Positions 50,384 through 61,130 of a DNA stretch of 64,000 nt are shown here, in pieces (within the stretch, counting starts at the first letter, position 1; each line of letters starts with the position of its first letter). Origin of the DNA: Octopus sinensis. Lineage: Eukaryota. The stretch is taken from NCBI RefSeq assembly GCF_006345805.1, contig NC_043007.1, forward strand, positions 10,044,001-10,108,000, given 5' to 3'. The notes beneath the pieces are model-generated. The model searched no databases. It was given only the letters and a program-made list of their open reading frames with translations, and was not told where the DNA came from. Made by a program: the position numbers and the translations under genes.

Positions 50384-53277
50384 GAAAAGTCAGAGGAAAG
50401 TACGGAGATCCATTGAAGTGACGTCTCCCCCCAAAAGGAAGAATGACATTCGGATAGCAAGCAACAGAAAGAAGCAAGAACAATCAGACCAAGTAAAGGC
50501 AAGCAAGAAAGACAATGAAGAAGATAAACGAAAGAATGGCAATATCAAGTTGCAGAAGTTTCCAGTTAGATCTCGCAGACGTAAGGCAGATGCAGGTGCA
50601 GAGGAACAGAGTCCCCCCAGTGAGGGGTGTAGATCTGCATTTGCCAAGAGAGCCAGGCTTTCAGTGTCAGTTGAAGGAAAAGTAAAAGATAGTAAACCAA
50701 ACAAGCTCAATAGAACTGCTAAAGGCTGTGCTAAGGAATCTCCTGCATGTAAAAATAAACAGAATAGTAAAGTAGGTAAAGATGTTAAGGAATCCAAAAT
50801 AGTGTTGTGTAATAATTTATCTGTGTCGTTAGAACAGTCTGTATTTAAAGAAAGCGAAAGCAAAAAATCTACGAGACATCTGAGAGGAGTTAAGCAAAGC
50901 CGAGCAACAAAAGTGGTTAGAACATTACCAGTAACAAGAAGGAGTAGTGCCGAGGCGAAAGCTTCGAAAGTAATCAAAAAGCCTAAGAAAAATGCTACAA
51001 AGGTAAAGAAAGACCTCAAAGAAAGCAAAAACTCCAAAGAAAATAAGGAACCTAATCTTAGTCAAGAGACGAGTAGTGCTGTCAATCACAACGAAGTCAT
51101 GACTCAGTTACTAAGTACAAGTTTAACAAGTTCAACAGATGTAAAGTCTCCACAAAAAACAAAAACGGTTTCAATCAGAAAGACCAAACTTCAGAGAGAT
51201 TCAGCAAAGAAACAATCAAAGGACATCTTTAAAAAATCTAAAGATGTTGACGGCAGTTTCAAACCTGTACTAGAAAGTAAGATAGCTAATGCCAATAAGG
51301 AAATTCTTAATAATGGTAAGGATGATGAAAGTTCTTCCAACAAGGATTTAGATGAAGTAATACATATTCCAGTCAAGCCTGTTCTAATTAATAACAATAG
51401 TGATAGTTCAGAAAAGGTTCCTAAGACAGTTCTGTGTAAGTTACCCATAAAAAAAGAAGATATCTCTACAAATAGCAAAATGAAATCTCCAACTCAAAAC
51501 CTTTCTAACAAAAGTACTTTTCAAAATACAAAAGCTGATCTTGCCAAGAATATCTCCACCATGCCGAAACCTAAGGGAAAAAGGACCTCCAAAACTCTGA
51601 AATCTGAAAAGCCTTGTAAAATGGTGAAAAAAACAGACGATAATAAGATTTCTGATGGAGCTAGTGAAATGATGAAAGTGATAGAAATCATCAAAGCAGA
51701 GGTGATGGAATCAATTGTAAATGATAAGAAACTAGAAAAGAGTCGTAAGGATGATCTAGTGGGAAAAGCCTCCAGTCAATGTAGTAATTGTAAACGAGAC
51801 TTTTGTAACAAAAGTTCTTTAACGAGACATATGAAAAAATGCATGATTGTTGCTCAAGATCCACTTATAAATAATGTAGGTAACAAAGTAGAAAATGGAA
51901 GCACTAAGGAGTTATCTAGCAAAACTATTTCAGAAGAAAGTGCAAATGTTACTAAAAGCCAAAATAATTCAACTAATATCTCGAATTTACCTCTGTCTGG
52001 CAGTCTAGGACAAGTGTTAGAAATAGTTCCAGCTGCAGAGACAAAAAATGTAAAAACTGCTAAACAACCATTAGAAGCTAGTACGGAAATATTAAAGGTA
52101 CCATTACATGCTACTAACTCTATCAACAATGATAGTGTGATAACAAAGGCATTTAATGCATCTGTTTCACTTGGTTCTATGACAGAAATGTCAGATGTTT
52201 ACAAAGAGACTACAGTTCAGACAGCTGCTGTTACTGTTGCCAATTCCATCGAGCCCCTCAGCTCCCCTGATACTCAGCTGAATGCTAATGTTAATGAAAA
52301 TCACGCTGCTGTTGAAGAAGTGGACTTCACAAGTAAGATCTGTGATGAACCAGAAAAAAAATGTGCCAAGGAACAGGTAGGACAAGACAGTGACCTTTAC
52401 AAAGCAGCAAATATAGATGCTGCCGCTGCTGCTGTTGTGGCAGCTGTTGTTGCCAAAATAGGAATGGAAAACGGCACAGCCGTATCGGTTGTAAAGCCAA
52501 AGCCCCATTTCTGTGAACATTGTGACTTTAAAACGGGGAAGCATTCTTTGCTAGCACGCCATGTGGAAACCCACGGCATCTTCATGTGTCTAAAGTGTAG
52601 GTTTGTTGGGGAAAACAAAGAAAACTGTGATGCTCACATGCGTGAATCCCATAAGAAGAAACGCAGTGCTAAACTTTGCAGGCAGTGCCGTAAATATATT
52701 GATACAGATGTAGTTTCAATGGAGAAACACAAGGAAGAATGCAGTGTACGTATCTTAAACTGCAAAGAATGTAATAAGGTGTTTCGCTATGAATCATCGT
52801 TGAAAGTCCACATGGCAACCCACTACCCAGAACTGCCAAAACGATTCCATTGCATGGAATGTAGCTATCAATCTAATTACAAAGCAAACCTACAGAAGCA
52901 CATGAAGAGTATCCATGAGTTTCGGGAAAAAAATGTGAAATGCTGTATCTGTGAAAAAATGTTTTTCTCTGAAGATAGTATGAAACGCCACCTGAAGGTC
53001 CATTCTGACGATAGACCTCATAAGTGTGACTTGTGTGGAAAGGCATTCAAGACTTTACCTGCTCTCAAGACTCACAGAGATGTCCACGAACCATCTCGGC
53101 CATTTCTCTGTGAGGTGCAAGGTTGTACAAAGGATTTTCGGACTGCACGTTTATTAAAAAACCACCGTGAAGAATACCACCAGCTGTCTCCGAAAAAATA
53201 TCATTGTTCTAAGGAAGGCTGTCGCTTTTCTTTCTTCAAGCGAAGTCATTTAAGACGACATGAGATAACTCATACAG
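50358..53277 (+). CDS. C2H2 zinc-finger protein, first coding exon (ZFP91/ZNF653/ZNF692/ZNF276-like C-terminal array)
   Basis: Open 973-codon frame. ATG in good context (AACATGG) with in-frame TAA at 50328-50330. Long Lys/Ser-rich N-terminus, one isolated C2HC finger (51780-51842, CSNC...HMKKC), then nine tandem fingers from 52506. Ends CATACAG|GTAAGA (phase-1 donor at 53278). Confidence 0.93.
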
Positions 53278-53407
53278 GTAAGATGTCCTTATGCAAATCA
53301 TTCACTGAATATGTTTGTTTCTGTTTTTCCCTATAATGAACAAGAGCTGGGATCATAATGTATTGTGGTGTTTTTTTGAATGGAATACTTACACAGTTGC
53401 GGTATGT

Positions 53408-53944
53408 ATCATCATCATCATCATCATCATTGTTTAGCGTCCGCTTTCCATGCTAGCATGGGTTGGACGGTGCAACTGGGGTCTGGGAAGCCAGAAGGCT
53501 GCACCAGGCCCAGTCTGATCTGGCAATGTTTCTACGGCTGGATGCCCTACCTAACGCCAACCACTCCATGAGTGTAGTGGAGTGGTTGGCGTTAGGAAGG
53601 GCATCCGGCCATAGAAACATTGCCAGATCAGACTAGGCCTGGTGCAGCCTTCTGGCTTCCCAGACCCCAGTTGCACCGAGTGGAGTGGTTGGCGTTAGGA
53701 AGCGCATCCAGCTGTAGAAACACTGCCAGATCAGACTGGGCCTGGTGCAGCCTTCTGGCTTCCCAGACCCCAGTTGCACCGAGTGGAGTGGTTGGCGTTA
53801 GGAAGGGCATCCAGCTGTAGAAACACTGCCAGATCAGACTGGGCCTGGTGCAGCCTTCTGGCTTCCCAGACCCCAGTTGCACCGTCCAACCCATGCCAGC
53901 ATGGAAAGCGGACGCTAAACGATGATGATGATGATAATGATGAT
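53408..53944. repeat. Inverted repeat of family C with 3x103-nt tandem array in the right arm
   Basis: Left arm 53408-53567, 11-nt spacer, tandem units starting 53579, 53682 and 53785, then the 3' tail. Confidence 0.9.
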
Positions 53945-54230
53945 ACATACTGCAATTGTGTAAGTCTTCAGTAATATTTTAGCTGATGTAGGACCATCAG
54001 ACACCAGCAAGTGATTTTGTGAGAGAAAGTCTAATACACTGTGTGCATGTGCATACACACACACACTCTCTCTCTCTCCTGATCCTTTCATCTCACTCTA
54101 AAAAAACACAAATGCATGTATATACACTCACACATGCACAAGCACACACACACACACATACATACATTATATAAATACAGTCCCAATTTTAGCATCGCAT
54201 ATACAAGAAATCAAGTTTGTAGAGCATTAA

Positions 54231-54451
54231 CCCTTTTGTTACTGTATTTATTTTGAGATGCTCTGTGTTTCTTTCAATTACTTTAAATATAACAAAATAT
54301 TTAGTAAAATAACTTAGTTAATCATTAAGCTAGTGTTAGGAACATAAATTGTGACTAAGGTTTGGTGGAAGATTTTAATTCAAAACTTATGAAAACAAGA
54401 TATTTGTACTCAGAGCCAGAGCCAGTTTCAGCCGAGTTGGTAACAAAAGGG
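54231..54451. mobile_element. piggyBac-type MITE
   Basis: TTAA 54227-30 and 54452-55; perfect TIR CCCTTTTGTTA; same family as 12091-12310 in reverse orientation. Confidence 0.8.
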
Positions 54452-54455
54452 TTAA

Positions 54456-54613
54456 TACTTTTGTTACCATATTTGTATTAAATTTGTCATTATGGTCTTT
54501 GGAACATAAATTAACATGGAATTTTGATGGACAGTTTTAATTTATATTACTTTAAACATGATGTTTATATCATAGAACCAGAGGTGGTCTCAGGCAGGTT
54601 GGCATCAAAAGGG
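54456..54613. mobile_element. piggyBac-type MITE sharing a TTAA with its neighbour
   Basis: Degenerate left end TACTTTTGTTACC; right end CAAAAGGG followed by TTAA 54614-17. Confidence 0.55.
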
Positions 54614-54728
54614 TTAAAGCATCTAATATAAGCAGAACTTCACATAAAACCTGGGGTGATCTTTTTTATTTTTCTGGGTAAAGTGTATCCAGTATGCCAT
54701 TAAATACAGTGTATATATATATTTGTCT

Positions 54729-55118
54729 GGGCGCAGGAGTGGCTGTGTGGTAAGTAGCTTGCTAACCAACCACATGGTTCCTGGTTTAGTCCCACTGCGT
54801 GGAATCTTGGGCAAGTGTCTTCTGCTATAGCCCCGGGCCGACCAATGCCTTGTGAGTGGATTTGGTAGACGGAAACTGAAAAGAAGCCTGTCGTATATAT
54901 GCATATATATGTGTGTGTGTTTGTGTGTCTGTCTTTGTACCCCTAGCATTGCTTGACATTGCTGGTGTGTTTATGTCACCGTCACGTAGCGGTTCGGCAA
55001 AAAGAGACCGATAGAATAAGTACTGGGCTTACAAAAAGAATAAGTCCCGGGGTCGAGTTGCTCGACTAAAGGCGGTGCTCCAGCATGGCCACAGTCAAAT
55101 GACTGAAACAAGTAAGAG
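54729..55118 (+). mobile_element. SINE family B, full copy
   Basis: Same structure as 42952-43350. Confidence 0.88.
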
Positions 55119-55295
55119 AGTGAAGTTCAGACATGGCTAGGGCACAGCTATGATGGTGTGGTTAAGAAGTTTGCTTCATAATCATGTGGTTTCAGGATCA
55201 GTCCCACTGCATGGCACCTTAGGCTAGTGTCATCTACTATAGCCACGGGTCGACCAAAGCCTTGTGAGAGGATTTGGAGGACAGCAACTGATTAA

Positions 55296-55526
55296 GGCGG
55301 TGAGCTGGCTGAAACACTAGCATGCCGGGTGAAATGCTGAGCAGTATTTCGTCTGCCATTACATTCTGAGTTCAAATTCCTCTGAGGTCAACTTTGCCTT
55401 TCATCCTTTTGGGGTCGATAAATTAAGTACCAGTTATGCACTGGGGTCGATGTAATCGACTTAATCCCTTTGTCTGTCCTTGTTTGTCCCCTCTGTGTTT
55501 AGCTCCTTGTGAGCAATAAAGAAATA
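55296..55526 (+). mobile_element. SINE family A
   Basis: Full copy in the zinc-finger intron. Confidence 0.85.
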
Positions 55527-56709
55527 AAAAATTGATAGAAGCTTGTGTGTGTGTATGAGTTGGAGTTTGTGTCTCCTCGTCCTGACATCGCATAGTAGTT
55601 GTAAACAAGTGTCACCATCCTACAAGCAGTGTCATTTGTTTCTAATCTTCCATGAGAACATGGAACATCTTACCTTGCTTGGAAAGAGGTGAGAGATAGC
55701 AACAGGAAAAGTTATCCAACTGTAGAAAATTTGTCCCAACAAATTCTGACTGATCTTTGCACCCTGAAAAAGTGGACATTGACCTTTTAGCATTTGGATT
55801 ACTTTGTCAAATGCAATTCGTATTTATTCACTTTGTTTTGAATTTAATCATGCATCATCTTGGAGCTTTGAAATTTTGATGACCTGTTTGTTTATTTTTA
55901 GAATAACATTGTAGATAGGCATGAGAAGCTGAACCTGGTAGTTTTAAATATAAAACAGGTAGAATATTATACCTGTTTTATGTAATTGGCCATCTAGCTG
56001 TCATCATCATCACTGTTCAATGTCCGTTTTTCATGCTGGCATGGGTTGGACTGCTTGATGGGCTGGCTAGGCAGAAGACTGCACCAGGCTTCGACTGTCT
56101 GTTTCGGCAGAATTTTTACAGTTGAATGCCTTTCCTAATACCAACCACCTTACAGAGTAGACTGAGTGCCTTTTACTTGACACCAGCACTGGCGAGGTCT
56201 GTTTTACAATGGTGTTTACAGCTGGATGCCCTTCCGAAGACCAACCATTTCATAGTATGGACTGGATGCCCCAGCACTGGCAGGGTCACGAAGCAACTTC
56301 CAAGACATAGATCCTTTGAGAGGTATTGGAGAGGGCCCAATTATTTTACCTGTTTTATGTTGTCCGTTGCCAGCCTCACCTGGCCCCCGTGCTGGAAGCA
56401 CATAAAAAGCACCATCTGATCGTGGCCGTTGCCAGCCTCGCCTGGTCCCCATGCCAGTGGCACGTAAAAAAACACCTTTCATCAGTTGCCGTTTGCCAGC
56501 TCCGTCTGGCACCTGTGCGGGTGGCACGTAAAAAGCACCCACTACACTCGCAGAGTGGTTGGCGTTAGGAAGGGCATCCAGCCGTAGAAACGCTGCCAGA
56601 TCAGACTGGGCCTGATGCAGCCTTCTGGCTTCACAGACCCCAGTTGAACCATCCAACCCATGCTAGCATGGAAAGCGGACGCTAAATGATGATGATGATG
56701 ATCAAACCT

Positions 56710-56935
56710 TTTTCTTTACTACCCACAAGGGGTTAAACACAGAGGGGACAAACAAGGACAGACAAATGGATTAAGTCGATTACATCGACCCCAGTGCGTA
56801 ACTGCTACTTAATCTATCGACCCCGAAACGATGAAAGGCAAAGTCGACCTCGGCGGAATTTGAACTCAGAACATAACGGCAGACAAAATACGGCTACGCA
56901 TTTCGCCCAGCGTTCTAACGATTCTACCAGCTTGC
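56710..56935 (-). mobile_element. SINE family A
   Basis: Full copy, inverted relative to 55296-55526 and 57383-57613. Confidence 0.85.
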
Positions 56936-57382
56936 CTTTTATGTTCAAACCTGCCAGATCCAGCCTCTCACATGTGATGATGATGATGATGATAGTAATA
57001 CATACTACAGGTATCTTTTGTTGTAATGCTAAAAGTATCTGCGAATCACAAAAAGTAACCATTACTTTTGATGGTAGAATCTATTAGTAGTTTTGTTTCA
57101 ATAAGTTTTTTAACTTGCAAGATGTTTTGTCTGAAAATCAGTACAGCTGTACCCACTCTCTTCACAGCAAATAAATGTAAACTGCATCCACTATTTATAC
57201 TCTGAAGAGTCTGGATACAGTTGTGTTGATCTCCTGAGGAAACCTTTTAGCAAGCTGTAAGTAACTAATAATACCCCCACCCCACCTCCAACACACACAC
57301 ACAGACACAATATGCAAATACTTACATACACACAACACACATGTATGACAAAACTCAAGTGCAACCCGTATTAGGATAACTG

Positions 57383-57613
57383 AGGCGGCGAGCTGGCAGA
57401 AACGTTAGCGCGCCGGGTGAAATGCTTAGCGGTATTTCGTCTGTCGTTACGTTCTGGGTTCAAATTCCGCCGAGGTCGACTTTGCCTTTCATCATTTCGG
57501 GGTCGATAAATAAAGTACCAGTTACTCACTGGGGTCGATGTAATCGTCTTAATCCCTTTGTCTGTCCTTGTTTGTCCCCTCTATGTTTAGCCCCTTGTGG
57601 GCAGTAAAGAAAT
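57383..57613 (+). mobile_element. SINE family A with probable 15-bp TSD
   Basis: CGTATTAG(G/A)ATAACT at 57367-81 and 57639-53. Confidence 0.85.
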
Positions 57614-58049
57614 ATATACTTTTAAAAGTAAAGAAACACGTATTAGAATAACTACCATACACCTATGACGGTGCTTATTGCTACTACTCATACACAGACA
57701 TCCGAGACTGCATCCTGAAGAATACCATTTAGTTGTTTTGACTGAAGGAGATAAAGATTAGCAATGTTAAACTACGTAGGTTGATATATAAAATGGGGCT
57801 TTGATGCTTGAGCAGCATTGCTGGTATGAAGTGGTAGAATATTTAAGCTTGTAAACATTTTTTAATTCAGGGGACATAATCAGTACTGGTATTATCGCCA
57901 GGCCCAGCATAATTACCAGACTTAGTGTCTGTTGTAATAACAATTCCTTGCATATTTTCTTAAGTGGGAGGAGACATGAAATTATTTGAGACTTATGGTC
58001 TTTTTTTTTTTATAAACTGTTATTATTAGTATTGTTGTATCATCAAAAT

Positions 58050-58324
58050 ATTGGACAATAATAATGAAATTATTGTATACAGTGCTCAGGTGCACCACAA
58101 CTTGTCAGAAAGTGCATATAAAGTACATGCAGTAATGTAAAAATGTCTGGAAAGCGAACAATGTATGAGTCAGATACATGCCTGTGTGTGTATGGAGGGG
58201 AGAAAATCAGGTGTAGTGTTGGCGAATCTCAGAAAGCATGGAAGTTTTGAAGGATGCAGTGCTCCGACAACTAACAACTGATGCTGGCAGTTTGTTCCAT
58301 ACTGATGCCGGCAGTTTGTTCCAT
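58050..58324 (-). mobile_element. CR1/L2-like LINE 3' end
   Basis: WNKLPASVVSCRSTASFKTSMLSEIRQHYT* followed by 3'UTR and an AATAATTTCATTATTATT tail. Confidence 0.7.
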
Positions 58325-60882
58325 GTTTGGATTTGCTTGTCAAATTTTAAAAATATTTTTCTTGAAACCTACAATTCATAAGGCAGGTTATCCAGTTTCC
58401 ATGATACATAAAGGAACCAAAATCACAGCATTCACCTTGAACAGGATGTCAGTCTATTGCAGGGTTTAAGGCCAACAATCCTGATGGGGAGAGGACAAGT
58501 CAATGACATCGACTCCTTTCCCATACTACACTGGTACCCTATTTTATCAATCCCAAAGGGATGAAGAAGGACAAAGCTGCCCTCATTGAGATTTGAATTC
58601 AGAACATCATCCTCATCATCATCATCGTTTAACGTCCGCTTTCCATGCTAGCAAGGGGTTGGACGATTTTGACTGAGGGCTGGCGAACCAGATGGCTGCA
58701 CCAGGCTCCAATCTTGATTTGGCAGAGTTTCTACAGCTGGATGCCCTTCCTAATGCCAACCACTCCGAAAGTGTAGTGGGTGCTTTTTTACGTGCCACGA
58801 GCATGGGGGCCAGTCAGGTGGTACTGGCAACGACCTCGCTCGAATCTTTTTACACATGCCACCAGCACAGGTGCCAGTAAGGCGACGTTGGTAATGATCA
58901 CGCTCGAATGGTGCCCTTTTACGTGCCAAAGAACCAAAATCAAATACTGTTAAGCATTTTGTCAGATGTGCTGATAATTCTACCTGCTTGCTACCTTGCT
59001 TATGTCAAATACCTGTCCAGGGGGGAAAAAAAACCCTGCCAGTCTCCTCTCCCATGAGCCCCTCTTAATTACAGGTGAAGGATTTTTTAAGGAGTAGAAT
59101 AAGGAATTCTTTTTTCCTATCAGAATACAAAGAATTCATTGCAAGTGAGAGGTATCAACTATCTTAGATTATTTAGCATATGTGAAATGAAATGATGTTT
59201 GCTTGCTCGTGCTATATTGGTTTCAAATTTTGGCACAAGGCCAGCAAGTTAAGGTAGGAGTAAATCGATTACACTGACCCCTGTGTTCCACTGGTGCTTA
59301 TTTTATAGACCCCTGAAAGGATGAAAGGCAAAGTTGGTCTTTGTAGAACTTGAACTCAGAACATAAAAATCAGATCAAATGCTGCTAACCATTTTGCCCA
59401 GCGTGCTAGCGATTCTGCTGCTTCACCCTGCTGTTTATATATTCATATACAACCTACTAGTTATACAGGGCACTGTGTAGAATGTAATGTCATGTCATTG
59501 CAAGTTAGGGTATGCATTAGGGTGGAGAAAAAAATGCCAATTTCAAAACTGGTAACCAAGAATCAATATTTTGTTGCAAATTAGGGTTAAAAGAAAGGTG
59601 TATAAAGAACTTTTTTCATCATCGTTTAACGTCCGTTTCCCATGCTAGCATGGATTGGACGGTTTGACCGGGGTCTGGGAGGCCAGAAGACTGCACCAGG
59701 TTCCAGTCTGATCTGGCAGTGTTTCTACAGCTGGATGCCCTTCCTAACGCCAACCACTCCGTGAGTGTAGTGGGCACTTTTTACGTGCCATCGGCACAGG
59801 TGCCAGGTGAGGCTGGCAACGGCCACAATCGGTTGGTGCTTTTTATGGAAGCCAGTCAAGGCAGCACTGGCATCAGCCACGTTCCGATGGTGCTTTTTAC
59901 GTGCCACCGGCACAGGTATCACAACTACAATTTCCATTTGATTTTTTGATGTTGATGTTGATGTACTTGACTCAATAGGTCTTCTCAAGCACAGTGCGTG
60001 TATATTACGGTTAAATATTCTTTACAGGGCTCCACAACTCAAATGAAAATTTTGAAAATCGCTTTTTTGGTTGAATTTTGGATTTCATGGATTATAAGTT
60101 GTAACAGATACATTATTCTACATAGCAGAATACAAAACAGTAAATATGGTATCCTTAAGAGGTTGTCTACCAAATTTCAAACAATTGACTAATATTCTGA
60201 GGTTCCACATTGACTATAAAGAGAACGGGATAGTGAACTTCTCTCCAGTGCTGCTGTGAATGTATGTCAAATGTGTGTGATGTTTTCTGCTTTGTACCTT
60301 GACTTTATGCCATTCTATTAAAATTGATGATCGTGTTAAATCTAGTGTTGTTTACATTTAGTGATGACTCATAAGCCAGTAACGTGTTAAGATATTAAAT
60401 GCCCAATATTTGGTGCTTCATGTGGTCTTTTGCCAAATTACAAGGACATAGTAAAATGTGTTTTATTTGAAAGAGAAAAACAGAAGCATGTAATTAAGAA
60501 AGATCCTTCAAATTAAACAAATTGTCAAGATTCTAGCAGAAAAGATAATTCATTTTTAGCAAAAGGCATCTGTCTCTTGTCTTAAGATTGAATCAGTTGA
60601 GCCAGAAATCTTAAACTTTTAAAGTACCAAGCATTACTAAAATATGTGAAAACTAGAAAAAATGTACCATTGTTTCAAACAAAATGTAATGTGTTTAAAA
60701 ACTGCAACAAAAGATTTATTTGACATTTCATGTTGCAAGTGCAACTCCTTTAAATACTGCAGTTGTAGTAGAGACAAGAAAGTACCACAGAGAGAACAAG
60801 ATTTTTTACAGGATCAATGGACAAATTGAAAAATGACCATCGGCAGAATAGATCAAGCAGTATTTAAACAGAATGTTCAGAG

Positions 60883-61130
60883 CATTATTTACATTTGATT
60901 GATATTTGTCCTCATCTTGTTTGTTGTTAACACAACGTTTCAGCTGATATACCCTCCAGCCTTCTTCAGGTGTCTTGGGGAAATTTCAAACTTGGGTTCT
61001 CATTCCTAAGGTATTTTTCGATGTTATTATTATTAGCGTTCAGGTCTCTGATTGGAATTGAACTCGGAATCTTGGGGTTAGTAGCCCGCTCTCTTAACCA
61101 CTACGCAATATGCCCACGGACATATAGCAT
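60883..61130 (-). mobile_element. tRNA-headed SINE-like retroposon carrying a hammerhead ribozyme, 13-bp TSD
   Basis: Perfect flanking direct repeats AGAATGTTCAGAG (60870-60882, 61131-61143). Minus strand reads: 15-nt leader; tRNA-like head GGGCATATTGCGTAGTGGTTAAG (A box) ...GAGTTCAATTCC (B box, 61063-61054); (AAT)n linker; hammerhead; AT-rich tail. Confidence 0.85.
60929..60974 (-). ncRNA. Minimal type I hammerhead ribozyme (Penelope-associated style)
   Basis: Minus strand GACAC-CUGAAGA-A-GGCUG(GAGGGUAUAU)CAGCU-GAAA-C-GU-U^GUGUU. Stem I GACAC/GUGUU is 5 bp, stem II is 5 bp including one G.U, the core is intact, stem III is the palindrome ACGU, and the cleavage triplet is GUU. Confidence 0.75.

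Noticed and set aside
50390-52618. Minus-strand ORFs of 73-215 aa
   Set aside because: Antisense shadows of the real CDS.
52969-52986. CTGAAGA...GAAAC hammerhead-like string
   Set aside because: Zinc-finger codons (SEDSMKR); no stem II or stem I.
53278-53336. ORF-track extension GKMSLCKSFTEYVCFCFSL*
   Set aside because: Read-through into the intron; the donor at 53278 splices in frame to 63737 and completes the finger array.
53579-53890. CRISPR-like regular repeats
   Set aside because: Head-to-tail 103-nt units with no unique spacers, eukaryotic context, no cas genes.
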